Counted from the whole stretch's first letter, positions 11,952 to 24,921 are shown. The stretch is 63,868 nucleotides of DNA, filler included, from Choristocarpus tenellus KU-1152 (GCA_964200185.2; 13 parts of 13 records of this genome joined end to end with filler, not necessarily neighbours in it), one strand, 5' to 3'. Numbers and translations are program-made. Notes: generated by a model not told the origin, from the sequence alone.

Positions 11952-14900
11952 ATGGAAGCCAACGGTGGGTGGGGACGTCACTCCCATTTGTCTCTCCTCT
12001 GATCGTTGATATCTCAGCTCTGTTTTTTACCACATTATGTCATGATTTGCTCCTATATACTCGCTCTACTTCTTTCCCAGGACGGAGCAAGTCCTCCAAT
12101 CTATGGTTTGCTGGGGATCCACCCTCTTCAACAACAGCGCTGGCCATGTCACAGGATTGCACGAGGATAGCAAAGCTTTCCTTTGGTTGCCCTTACCTGG
12201 ATCAAGTTTTTGGTGGAGGGGTTCCTGTGCAAGGCATTACAGAGGTGAAATGTGCTTGTGGATATTTGCGCTTCACAACGACAGGATTGAATAGAGAAGT
12301 AATGGGGCATTTCCCACAATGGTGGTTTCAACTGTGTTATTCCACTTTAGCTGTTGAATCAGGTAGGATGTGTACCAGTGTACCTGTGGAGATTCAGTTG
12401 TGGCTAAATTTGTGTCCCATCCCACCATGTCACCAGCCAAACTGTCTCATGTGTGTGCCAACTCGGCGCACGTGAGATTAGCTGCGTGATCTTTCTTCCA
12501 GATATCTCACAACCCGGCGTCTCTGCCCACCCCCCTCGCACATTCGTACTTTATCTTCTATGCCTTTCTTGGTTCAAAGATTGCTGGTGAAGCTGGAGCC
12601 GGCAAGACACAGATATGCTTACAGTTATTACTGCAGGTGAGCTGGACAGAAATATGAACGCTTCTCTCCTTCTTCCTTTCTCCCACCCCGAAGTCATACT
12701 TCACTGCTCTTGTGTTGCAAGCTTTCGGTAGTAGTCTTGGGCATTGTGTAAGAATTATCTGTTGTGCAATATTTTGGCTAGAACTTGCAAGTCGCCCAGC
12801 AGTATGCGCAGTATCCGTTCAAGATGCGGGTGTGAGAGTTGTGTATATGTACTCTATCTCATTTTCCACAGACGCTCGTCAGAATTGGAACCCCCACCTT
12901 CCTGTGCGTGCCGATGTCATTAGCAAAGGAGTTTGCTTCGCTTCTTTGAACCATAGTACTTTGTGAGGCGCCTACCCTAAAACCCCCCACAAGAGAACAA
13001 CCCCCTCCCTTCTAGTGCTCTCACTGTCATGAACGCATGTGACGTGCTCAGGCACAGCTTGCTCCTGACAGGGGAGGGCTTGGTGGGAAGTCATATGCTC
13101 TGTCTTGTGGGGAGGGAAACTTCCCTAGCAGGAGGCTGAAGCAGATGGCTGCCCACTACCAGGTAGAGACACTGAGTGTTATCGGTGCATGTTGTGAGAT
13201 GGTGGTTTCTATTTTGGGGAAGACACAATGAGAGATGCTGAGGAAAATATTTTGATTAGCACAATGTTTTGGTCTGCTCCAACTTTTTTCAGGGCCTTGG
13301 AGCAAGTTTTGCACTTTGATCGTATATTCAATGCGAGATGAGGAGAGTAGTACACGAGAGGGGGACTGATAAACATTTGGGTGGAAGCTAATGCTGCAAC
13401 CTGTGACAAACATTGGTTGTTGAAATTTGTGAGGCTTTTGTGCTGGCTTCATCGCAAGCCTGTGTGCTAAATCTCATTTGTGTTGTGCTTTGTCTGAACT
13501 TCTCACCTTCACTGGAACACTTGAAGTAGTATGGTAACTGACCTGCTTGCAATGTGGTAAGTCAGGAGATCGAGGCACATGGAACTCGTCTCCTTTTTCT
13601 TTTTTTTGTGAATCAACTGTATGCCCCTTCAGTTGACTATATTGCTGTGAAATTACTCAAATGCCAAATTGATCTCTGTAACAGGTCAAATTCTCCTTCC
13701 TACTAATATCACTGCGTATATCTGTCCCTTTGTGGGTAGATTTAGATGAGTTCTATTTCAGTTCATATCTACCACTGCCCAATGACATGTAATACAGCAC
13801 ATGATGTGATTCCTGCCTTTTTTTTTCCTGAATACATTTCTGATGGGGCAGGAGCAAGGGCTAGGAATGGATGCTGGGCGTATGATGGAAGGTGTATGTA
13901 TTCAGATGGCAAGGAATTTGGAGGAACAACTTCTTATTGTTGTGAGTGTTTTTTTCCTTTCTGGGGGTGAGCCGTCTCCCCCACCCAACTTCCAACTCAT
14001 ACCCCACACCCATACCTCCAATTGGTGACCAATGTTACTTCCCAGTTTGTCCTACCTTCCCCCTCCCCCCTTGCATATCTTCAGTTAGGAGTCCTCTCTC
14101 CCATTCCTATGTGGTTGATCTGAGGATGCAATGACTGATACTGTGTTCCAACTGTGAAAAGTACCTCCTGTCAATACCATGGTATGTTTGGGTGTGGTGA
14201 GAATTCTATGTACAACAGCATTACTGCAGTATATCTAGATAAGATTTCTTGGAGTTGATGATGAAGATGTCATTTCTATTTCCGAGGCACAGGTCGATAA
14301 GCTCGATTGTTCGCTGCCTCAACAAAACACAACCGTAACCTTCAGATGGAGCACCTCCCTCGACTCATGGCATCCCACAACATCAAACTAGTTGTTGTGG
14401 ACTCCATTTCTGCACTCTTCAGAAGCGATCTTGGATCTGGCCAGAGGTACACTCCTCTCAACACAAACACCACAGTGAAGTACAGTTCTTTTTATATTTT
14501 GAAACTGTTTTTGCAAGTAATTTTCTGATATTGAGATTTTGTTTGGGGGGGAGGGCAGAGGGTTGTGGGTGGGGGAGTAGGCAGAGATTTCACCGTGCTG
14601 AGTATGCATAGAGTCAGTGTATTGACTGTTGTGGGTGGGTTGACCTTTGCATTCTTGAGCAACAGAATCAAGGGAGGGGAGCAATGAGACATGGCGGTTA
14701 TGTGAACAGAGTTGAGTTGGAGGTGGAAAGAGGTTGAGATGAAGTTCCTAGGTTTGTAGTTCCTAGGTGGTTGACACTCTGAACAGGGTTGTGTGTAGCT
14801 CTTGTATGGGAAGACTGTTTATTTGAATTTGTTAATCAAGTCACTTTTTATTAGTCTTGAGTAAAGCTATAACCTTGAAAATTGGCTTTGATTGCTGCTT

Positions 14901-15949
14901 TGTAAGAACTTTTTTTTATTTGAGCTTGACGAGTGTGTGCCTTCTGTGAAGTGTTGGGGGCTCTTCATTCACCTACTGCACAATGTGATCGTGATTGGCC
15001 TCCTAACAGGGAGATGGTATGGCAGCTGTCTCCCACAACAGTGCACTTTGGAGTTTATTCCAATACAACATAGCACTTTTCAACTACATTCTAGGTTATA
15101 CACATGTGCAAAGTCGCAGCCATCACATGAGTCATCAAAGTTCTAAGCAGCAAGCTCTGTGAGCCACAATTCAACTCCAGGATGCAGTCCCCCGAACTCC
15201 ACTCCCACGCATCCATGATGGTGTTGATCTTGTCCTTGCCCCCAGTTCCCCACTCTCACCCTCCAAGCCCCCACCCACCGATTGCGTCGCCTTCCCTTCC
15301 CACATGAACTCCATTGGCAGGGACATAGGGGAGCGCTCGCGTCTCATGTTGAGCATGGCGCAGCAGATGAAGCGGCTGGGAGACAGGCATCGAGCTGCAT
15401 TTGTTGTGGTCAACCAGGTTTGGATATACTTTTTTATCAGGTTTATTCTATGGGGTGAGGGAGAGGGTTTGGAGAGGAGGACTATGAAGTGTTTCTTTTG
15501 GGGCTGCTTTAGTAAAAAGATAGAGATGCAAGAATTGTTGAGGACTTTGAAGCTGTTTCTTGGTGACCATACTTTTTTGGAGCACAGGGCAACTTGGGGA
15601 CTGCTGCTTGAGGAGATTTTTTTTTTGGCTCCAAGAAGAGTAGAGCTTGCAAGCAGTTACCGAAGCCTGGGGTTCAAGAAATTTGGAGAAGAGTACCTGA
15701 ATGATGTGGGTGTCCCCAGACATTTAGAAAATCACTAGGGTTCAGAGAGTGAGGGGCACATACTAAATGGTCAAGTTTTTTTTCTTCTTCTTGCACTTTT
15801 TTTTGCTTTTTTGCTTTTAATCTTGTACTGTTATGTTGGGAACAGGTCACGGCCCTTTTTAAGGCACCACCTGGCGAGGGTATAAAAAATGTCTCTGGGT
15901 TGATGAAACCTGCCATGGGCCTTCTATGGTCCAACTGCATCAACACAAG
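11952..15949 (+). CDS. XRCC3: RAD51 paralog XRCC3; 3' end missing at the contig break
   Basis: Exons 11952-11964, 12081-12244, 12580-12636, 13052-13162, 13852-13941, 14346-14446, 15321-15417 and 15846-15949, phases consistent. KLSFGCPYLDQVFGGGVPVQGITE|IAGEAGAGKTQICLQLLLQ (Walker A), FPSRRLKQM, IKLVVVDSISALFR (Walker B), VVVNQV, PAMGLLWSNCINTR. Confidence 0.9.
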
Positions 15950-16266
15950 GCAAGGCTGTTGTAGTTTTAGGCGGGGGAGGGGGGAGGGTGTTAAGGGNNN
16001 NNNNNNNNNNNNNNNNNNNNNNNNNNNNNNNNNNNNNNNNNTTAATTAATTAANNNNNNNNNNNNNNNNNNNNNNNNNNNNNNNNNNNNNNNNNNNNACA
16101 TATTTTACCGTAACTGTCCGATAGAGTTGCAAGAGTCTAATCGAACAACCTCAGCCTAAGTGACGTTCGAGCCAGACGAACACACCATGGACTTCGTGGG
16201 GGAGCGAGAGATCATGACTTTGGCCGATGATGACGACATTTCCAAAAATGATGAAGACTCCAATTG

Positions 16267-16520
16267 GAGTCGAAGTATCTTAGAGAGTAGAGTCGCGTCC
16301 GTTTGGGGGCCAAAAACCGATGTTGCAATTTTGATTAAATTTTGGCCATCGTGTTTGTTACGAAGTGTCAACATCCTTGTTCTGGACACACCTTTTTGTA
16401 ACACATTTTACCTACTCCGGAATATTTCGGAGTAGGAAAATGTCATTAATAAATCCGTGGGAAGCCAAGCCCCAAATGGATAAGCAGGGAAAATCTCGTA
16501 CCTCTAAGATACTTTCACTC
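16267..16520 (+). mobile_element. MITE family A copy
   Basis: GAGTCGAAGTATCTTAGAGAGTA...TACCTCTAAGATACTTTCACTC. Confidence 0.85.
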
Positions 16521-16730
16521 ATGGGGATTTCAATAGTGCAGCCAATCCGATACCGCAAGCAACAACCACGAGCAAGAAATCGACAAGTTTACACCTACTG
16601 AGCAACGGAAGTCAGGCAAGATAGCTGAATAACTAAGGGTGGACTAGAGGGCCTTACACTCTGGAGATACTGAGGAACTGGGGGGGAATATGGCTAATAT
16701 GCTCAGAGCAAACACGGATGACGTTACTGT

Positions 16731-18365
16731 TTGATGGGCATGGCAAGTGACATCTCAATAGGTCACCAGGAACCATCAACTATCGCAGAAGCCCTTGGAG
16801 GGCCTGATGTGGAGCATTGGCAGGAGGCATTGGTGCAGGAAATGGAGGCCCAACGAAGCAAAGGTACCTTCGATGAGGGAGAGAGTCTGCCACGAGGAAG
16901 GAGACCCGTCAAGACCAGATTCATCTTCAAAATCAAAAGGACGGCTGGTGGAGAAATCGAAAGATTAAAGGCTAGGCTGGTGACATGGGTTTTTTTCCAG
17001 CAAGAAGGGGTAGACTACTTCAGCACATTCAGTCCAGTAGAGGGATTTGGCGTCATTCGCTCAGTCCTGGTTACAGCGACCAACAGAAACTGGGCCATCA
17101 CCTCCCTAGACTCCACTCAAGCCTGCCTGAACGCACCACCCCCGATGTATGGCTACAACTACCCAAAGGGTCCATCGTGAAAACCACCAGGGCCATCTAT
17201 GGCCTTAAGCAATCAGCAACGGAGTGGTACAGGGAGCCCAAGGGGTCAATATTGACGAGGGGTAGAGTGTCAGTGACTTTGATGCCTGCCTGCACGTGAA
17301 GAGGAGCGAGTATGGTCAGATTGCTATCCTCTTCCACTACGTGGATGGCATATCGTTGACCGGAGACTTTGATGAGGGAATAAAGCGGATGAGGACCAGT
17401 CTGCTGGCCAAGTATGAGAGACGGGATCTTGGGACCCCAAACAAGTTAGTCGGGGTGGCAATCAACAGGGACGAGGCTGGTATCACACTGGACCAGCGTT
17501 TCTACACAAAGAGCATTGTTCGCGAGGGATTTGGATCAACAGAAGTATGGAGTACCTCATTACCCTTATACTTGGGAATAGACCTGATCCTAAGGAGAAC
17601 TGACGAGGAGCTGGACCAGAGGTACAGATCTTACGGCACCATTTTGGGGAAACTCATGTTCCAAGCCGGCATGACGCGACCAGACCTGTCCAACAATGTG
17701 TGGGAGCTGGGAAGATACGCAGCATCTCCATGTAATCGATACGGAGAGGGGCTGCAACATGTTCTTTGATTCCTTGAAGGCACTATGAAAGTGGAGATGC
17801 ACTATCATGCTGATGGTGAATTGGACAACGGGGGCTTGATTGGGTGTTGAGACTTGGACTGGGGCAATGACACTGCCTCAAGGCGAAGTGTGGTGGGGTA
17901 CCTAATCCTAATGAATGGAGAACCAATCGCATGGAAATCCAAGCTTCAAGGAGCTGTAACCACATCTTCCTAAGAAGGAGTCAAAGTATCTTAGAGGGTA
18001 GGGCCGCGTCCATTTGGGGGTCAAAATCCAATGTTGCAATTTTGATGTAATTTTGGCTATCGTGTTTGATAGGGGATGCCATTATCCTTGTTCCGGACGC
18101 TCCCTTTTCAAAACGTACACATTTTACCTACTCGGAAAGATTTTGGGGTAGTTAAAATGTCATTAAAAACGCGTGGGAAGCCAAGCCCCAAATGGACAAA
18201 AAGGGCAAAGTTCGTACCCTCTCAGATACTTTGGCTCAAGCAGAGTTGGCAGCAAGGGTGTATGGAATGAGAGATACGATATTCCTCAGAGGAACCCTGG
18301 GCTGGGCAATGATACTGCCTCAAGGCGAAGCGTGATAGGGTATTTAATTCTAATGAACGGAGCAC
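16731..18365 (+). mobile_element. Ty1/copia LTR retrotransposon RT-RNaseH relic (frameshifts, stops, MITE insertion)
   Basis: EPSTIAEAL...WQEALVQEM, PVKTRFIFKIK...ERLKARLV, QQEGVDYFSTFSPV, RAIYGLKQSA..WY, YVDGISLTG, TRPDLSN, and RNaseH DWGNDTASRRSVVGY...PIAWKSKLQ..VTTSS*EAE. Confidence 0.92.
17978..18237 (+). mobile_element. MITE family A copy with AAG target-site duplication
   Basis: AAG|GAGTCAAAGTATCTTAGAGGGTA...TACCCTCTCAGATACTTTGGCTC|AAG. Removing the element and one AAG restores the copia SS*EAE codons. Confidence 0.9.
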
Positions 18366-19018
18366 GGTCCAATCTTGTCACGTTTATGTTGTCTAATGAG
18401 AAACCCTGTTGTAAATTTGTAAGCATTATATCTTCTTTGAATGTGTTTGTTGTCCGGGCTCTCTGGTATGAATATGCGCATCCTCTCCATTGGTGACATG
18501 CCATGAACTCTGTGAGCAAGATAAGTGGTATTTTAATATAATGATAAATCCATCTTTGCTCTTCATTGTCCAGTATTTAAAAGAGAGTTTTACTTTCGTC
18601 AGCAGTATGGTATGTGTTGAGATCTGAATTCGAATGAATTGTTCTTTGTGCATTGACTAGTTTGCGATGTGAAGAGGTATCATAGTGCAATAAAGCACTG
18701 GTGAATTTGTTCTGGTGAACCTGCTAACACGTTTTGCTCAATCAGACCCAAAATATCTGGGGGGTGGGGGTGGGGGNNNNNNNNNNNNNNNNNNNNNNNN
18801 NNNNNNNNNNNNNNNNNNNNTTAATTAATTAANNNNNNNNNNNNNNNNNNNNNNNNNNNNNNNNNNNNNNNNNNNNTTTTTTTTTCTGCTCGTTCTCTAC
18901 TCCTCCCCCCCCCCCCCCCCCCCAAACACTCATACATACCCCGTTGGCGTGGTAATAACGATGCCTCATCCTCCCTGGCTGGGTGCATAATATTTTCCGT
19001 TTTCTGCCCATTGCGAAG

Positions 19019-22000
19019 GTGGGCGTTCCTCCCCCGTCGAAATCAACTCTACGAAACTGGCAGCAAGGCGTAAAGTCCCTTCAACCAGAGTCCTTCAAGG
19101 TACTGAAGGAAGTGTGTGAGACCTCGTCACCACAGGCCGACCACAACGCAGTCACACTGAACTATCTGAGTCACGAGGAGTTTGCTGGCTTCACTTCTCT
19201 CAAGCAGGGGCTATGCATCCATCTGCTTGCTAGGCAAGTCAAACCGTCACTGTGAATTATCGTGTAGACAGCAGTAAGTGCAATGTGTGCTGGTCGCAGC
19301 ACATTGCACAGGAACATTAAATAAGTGTGTGTGTCTCCTACGATAAAGAATGTGTTCGGCCATTGTTTTGTCGAATGAAGAGCCCTACGCATTATTGTGG
19401 AAATTCTACGAACAGTGTGTGTTTCCTGTGCATGTGTGCTCTTGTCTTTTCTGAACTACGACAATCGATCCATGAATATTTTCTGCAGTGGCGACCCTTT
19501 CCTCATCATTACCTGCACATCGTTCTCGTTGACGTCCTTCATGGCCATTCTTTTTGCAGGTACAAGTCGTTCAATGGGAAGGTTCCTACGGCGAGGGACT
19601 ACAAAGACATCGAATCGGATGCGCACATGTCTGAGATGGTTGTCTCACGCACCAGGCAGATTGTGCCCAAGGAGATGTGGACACCACAGCTCCAAAGGTT
19701 GGTAAATGGTGCAGTTGCAGCGGTTATCTTTTTTTGCCTTTCCATATCTCCTGTGCACCTATACGTTGCCATGCGCCCTCGATTGTAAGATATACTGTCA
19801 GTGTCTTTTTCGGCACCGCACTTATTGATTGTTGCAAACTGCTCTGAATTTCGGAAGTTACGTGAATGTGGCACGGGCTGCCAGGGAAATGGACAGGCTC
19901 GCATATGAGAAGTGCAATATGCACGACCTCTGGGTCAAGCCCCACTACGGGGAGAGGAAGAGGGAGGTGGCCCAACTTCTGCAGAAGGTTTCATCTGGCG
20001 ACCAACAAGCGGGGCTCGTCCGGCAGCTGAGGGCAAACATCTCAACGGTAGTTGGAATGAAACCTCTGCAACGGGTTAGAGCCGTGAATGTGCCTCCTGT
20101 GTTCGTAATTACAGCTGAAATGGCTTGTACAAAAACTATTAGTTGACGCTTGGTAGGATTGGTTGTGGGCTTTCGTCATCATCATGAGCGACAGAGTTGC
20201 CTTCCCTACAACAAACGATGCTGTATTGTCAGTTCTAGTCTTTCGTTGCTAATAGTGGGAATAGCCAATCGTTTCCTTCAACTCTAGACAACGATCTTGG
20301 TCAATCTCCACCTCGTTTCTGCCTCCAACACGTGTCACTTTCGTAACCTACAAACAGGCTGGCGTCCTCGACATTGACTTCTTTCAAACTATTTCGCGCC
20401 GCAAGCCGCCTCCATTAAACACGTTCACTACATCAACCATATCATTTGCTCTGTTCGATTGACATGCTATCGTACTTCCATTACACTCTCCCATTTTTGA
20501 CGTCACCATGGTCCCCTCCTCTCCTCAGCAATGTCCTCCGCCGTGTCCACCACCAAATTCTCGAGAAGGACTCGACTCTAAGCGCTTACCTCACCACCTG
20601 GGATTGGAAATACCAGGATGTCCTCAACCGGGTCAACCTCCACCAGGTTCACAGCAGGCGGGGCTGTGATAGCGGCGGCACAGACGTCGAGAGCAACAAC
20701 GGATCGGCATCAGATGGCCGTGAGAAAGAAGACAAGGGAGGGTGCGAACACAAAAGAGGGGATGGAGATGTGGGAGGGGAAGAACACAAAGGAGGGGACG
20801 AACACAAAGGAGGAGGCGAAGATGAGGGAGGGGACAGACTGCCAGACAAGGAGGATACGGGCGAAGGAGGTTCTGTCGGCAGCGTTCCTGGTGCGGAAGA
20901 AGAACAAAACGGCCATGGAGGGTGGAATGCAGGCGTTTGCTGTACTGAATGCAATCCTCCACCTACGTCTCGGTGAGTAATGTAGTTGTAACGGTGCATA
21001 CGGGGATGGCGGGTAATTAATGGTGCAAGTTTGGTTTCCACCCAATCCCCCGAACGGCTAACTAGGTTGTCTCTTTTCAGCAGTGCACGCCATTGAACTA
21101 GTGGAACTTGCGGGGTCCCTCTGTGTGTGGCGCTGTGGTCGCTACCCCCACGTCTCTTTATTTGCCACAGTCCGATTGTGTGTTAATGCATGTACATCAC
21201 CGACTGTTGTACTTCACCCGTACTACTTCGTACTGTTTTGCGCCGCCAATTTCGTGGTCCTTCGTAACCGTGGATCACCGCGTTGCATTGTTGTGCCCGA
21301 TTAATGATTTGGAAAAATACTATCCTCTCTGTTTAACGCTCTCGTTCGATGACATGCGCGACAGGTATACATGCCCAAAGTGCTCCATCATGCATATGGG
21401 TGAATGTGTCTATGTGGAGATTGTAGGCGACGAGAGACACAAGGATCGATTATGTATCAATTGCCCCATGGCACAGGAGGGCAGTGAAGGGTCTGGATCG
21501 GTGGGGAACAAAGCGGCGGGTCGGGCCAGGGGCAAGGGCAAGGGTAAGGGTCACGCAAGGAGCGCGGGCGGGTCACCCTCCAGGCAAAGCCTTTTACGTC
21601 CCCCCTCACGCAGCGAAACGGCGGACATGGAGAAGTGCATATGGGTCTCGGCGTGGTTGCACATTATACGGGCATACAAGTCGTCTCTGCGTATTTGGTT
21701 TCGCGTTGGTTTGCACGTAGGTCTTGGCTGCTTGTAAATCAAGTGGATTGCTCGTCCTTTGAGCGTTTGATGTGTCCATGGGCCATGGAACTTTGTGTTT
21801 TGACGTCTCCCCTCCTTCCACGAGATGTATCTGATGGGTCTGGCGTTGTGGAGGGTACGGCTTGACATTTTGGGGATGCCGTGGAAATATTGTCAGGACC
21901 TCACTTAATGATACGATTGCCTGCACCGTTGCTTACTACGCTGTCCTTCTTGTCGTGCTGTCTGTCTACTGTATCGTGTGTCATGATGTCCAACCAGGAC

Positions 22001-22260
22001 TGAGAACACTGCACTACATGACCTTCGCCCTCTTGACCCTACAGTACCCTTAGACCGCCTGAAAGAGTTCACCTTCCGCAATGCGCCCAAGCTCGCCATA
22101 GTGCCCATTGCCGCCGAGCCAAGATTCCTCAACAACGAAGAGGCGACCAACACACACTTGCGCTAGGTGGTTAAGTGCTTGCAGGTGAAGATACATCCTC
22201 AGGGTACCATCGCGCTATTTGTGCCCCACCCGTGGGCCGTGCAATTACACCGCCTAAACG
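19019..22260 (+). CDS. Unknown multi-exon protein with a PHD-like zinc finger; possible HTH and amino-methyltransferase-like regions; one in-frame TAG, so possibly a pseudogene; partial
   Basis: Phase-consistent exons 19019-19233, 19560-19697, 19858-20047, (20358-~20422, weak), 20529-20972, 21365-21634, 21721-21854 and 22045-22260. Splicing 20972 to 21365 gives CTEC-x9-CPKC-x3-H-x3-C-x15-CINC. TAG at 22164-22166. Confidence 0.6.
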
Positions 22261-24073
22261 GTGAGTTGCAGAGTTTGCCAGCGCTGAAATACAGGGTATA
22301 TTGCGGGAGACTATTGCAATCCGCCATGGTCGTTATCAGTCCGTCCGTGTGCCCATCGAATATTGTGCGGCCATTCAGGAGATGCGGACTATGTCATGTG
22401 TCTTTCTTTTTCACTTTCCCCATGTTGTTTCATGTTCTTCGTACCTTCTATTTCCTTTTGTATCTCTTGCTTTTTCCCCCCGGGCCCTTCGTAGTTCTTT
22501 GTTTCATTGTACACGAATCGCATGCTAGGGTTACTTGTCTTCGCTACAATATTTTTGCCGTCTTTCCTTCTATTACAGATTTTCCTATTGTTTGCATTTT
22601 TTGCATTTGTTATTTGCCTTGCATTCCACACACATTGTACTATTATAATGTTAGTGGTATGAGATTTCATGAATTCCTACGATAACTACTTGTGTGATGT
22701 CACTGTCAAGTTTGACGCATGCCGGACCCAAGCGCTCGCTCCCGGCTTCTCTTCACTCAGGGGCTCTTATGNNNNNNNNNNNNNNNNNNNNNNNNNNNNN
22801 NNNNNNNNNNNNNNNTTAATTAATTAANNNNNNNNNNNNNNNNNNNNNNNNNNNNNNNNNNNNNNNNNNNNTGTAACATGCCCCCCAGCGTGAACTAGCG
22901 ATACATGTTTCACGCTTACCACAGGCGATTTTCACCGGTGAAGACAACATATATCATCAATCACCTCAGATCATCCGGTAAAAAAAGGTAGGGAGAGAAA
23001 AAGGATACCGTACTCCTACTAGGTCCACAACATCTATCCTTGACTTACTTGGGGAAATCTGTCTACATCCTCTCTAAAAAAGCAGCTTCTCTAGAGTGCC
23101 AAGTATCATCTGAGTATTGCCTGTCTCTTGCCCCCCAAGCACGAGGCATACTGACGGCTGCTAGTGCGTAAAACAGGCAATAACATCAGCATCAGCACTA
23201 AAAAAAAAAGGAAAAAAAAGAAGATAGAAAAAAACAAGGAATTAAGGGGATCAGGTACCTGTTCGGGTAAAGAGGAGAGATAAAAAAAGGAAAAAAGAAG
23301 AAAAAAAGTAAAGCAAGGAATAGAAAAAAAAGTGGAAACAAAATACCAAAAAAAGAAAATCAAGAATAAAACAAAAAGGGGAAAAAAAAGATGGAATAAG
23401 GGGGATCAGGTACCTGATGTACACAGAAAAATATCTATATAATATTCACAAACACAGAATGACAATAAAAATCATGAAAAATCAATCAATCAAAATATCT
23501 TAATAAATTGCTATCTCTTCTGTTGTGGGTTACTTCATGGTTCCCACTTCTATCCTATGTTCCATGCAGGGACTACCTGTTTCCTGCTTACCACAGACAA
23601 TAATCATTATCTGGATACTAAATATCCATCACTCAAGAAAAATATATACTGATGTCCTCTCCACTTCCTGAACTCTCACCAGACCAGGAAGAAAGCTCTT
23701 ATCACCACCTTGTACCTCTATTCAAAAAGGAGATGCCGACCTCACGTTCCCCTTTGTATCCTCTATCAGTTTGTTAGATATCTCATCCTAGATACCATCC
23801 TCAATATTTCCTAGCACTCGGACTTGAGAGCAGAAGTGCCTTTATAGAGGGGGAAATATGCATATAGGAGCTGTCTTGTCCGCAAGGGAAAATAAGTTTA
23901 AGGGGGGTTTCAAGCACACGGCATGCGCAAAGTGCATATACCATCATCCCACTGGAAAGTAAACAGATTGCCCTCCCGATCAGGAATGAAATATGCATGC
24001 ACCCCTTGTGCCCTTGATGGTGATTTCTTCTGCTTCACCAGCAAAGCATGTGGATATAGGAGGTTAAATGTTA

Positions 24074-24235
24074 GAGTGAAAGTTTCTTAGAGGGTACGAC
24101 TTATGAAAAGGTGTGTCCGGAACATGGATGTTGACACTTCCTAACAGACACGATAGCCAAAATTGCATCAATATCGCAACATTGGATTTTGTCCCCCAAA
24201 TGGACGGGTCTCTACCCTCTAAGGTACTTTGGCTC
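24074..24235 (-). mobile_element. MITE family A, internally deleted copy
   Basis: GAGTGAAAGTTTCTTAGAGGGTAC...TACCCTCTAAGGTACTTTGGCTC; about 90 bp shorter than the other copies. Confidence 0.8.
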
Positions 24236-24538
24236 TTCGATTGGGGACAAGAGGGACAGACTCCAAAGTACCATACATATACCCACTCATCATGACCTAC
24301 TTAAAGGTTTAGGTCAAGCACACTATATCTCTCAATGGGCGATGGTGCGCCATCAGTCACGGTCATTTGGCGCGGCCATCGATATGGTCGGGAGTTTTAC
24401 ATACTGTTTTGGTCATTAGTCACACTTTTGGAACCCCTCCAGAGCAGACGCTCCCACCTAATTTCTGTCTGCCATAGCAACCAAAGTAGCCTTAAATTTT
24501 CTTCCACCTCTGATTTTCTTTCCTGACGCAATCTTTGA

Positions 24539-24729
24539 GGCTCAAAGTATCTGGGGGGGGGGGGGGGGGGGGGGGCTGTCCATTTGGAGTCAATTTTTTC
24601 ATGTCGCGATTTTTGGGTGATTTGATTCCATACGTCGGATGGATAATGAAAGTGCACTTTTCCCGGTTATGGTCCAAATGGAGACACTGGTGTAGACCCC
24701 CCTCCCCCTCCCCCCAGTTACTTTGGGTT
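24539..24729 (+). mobile_element. MITE family B (poly-G/poly-C subterminal) with TGA TSD
   Basis: TGA|GGCTCAAAGTATCTGGGG...CCCCAGTTACTTTGGGTT|TGA; homologous to the copies at 34854 and 42504. Confidence 0.8.
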
Positions 24730-24921
24730 TGACTCAGTCAATACTTCTGCCTGTTAACGCGGGGTCGCCGTCCCCTGGCAACAAATATACTCTAGGTATT
24801 CCCCTTTCCTACAGTTTAAGCATCATCCTTGGAAGGTGCACAAACCGTCACGTCTAGACAATCCACACTTCTCACATTTCGCACTAGATATGGTCGTGTT
24901 GACATGGGATCCTGTCGTACG

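Noticed and set aside
20618-21045. Multiple overlapping ORFs in several frames
   Set aside because: By-products of the G/E/K-rich low-complexity exon; only the frame giving the PHD cysteines has compatible splice phases.
22872-23420. TGTAAC start and a ~24-bp direct repeat (ggaat..aggggatcaggtacctg) suggesting an LTR
   Set aside because: It lies at a contig edge with no second LTR or pol sequence, so it is unsupported.
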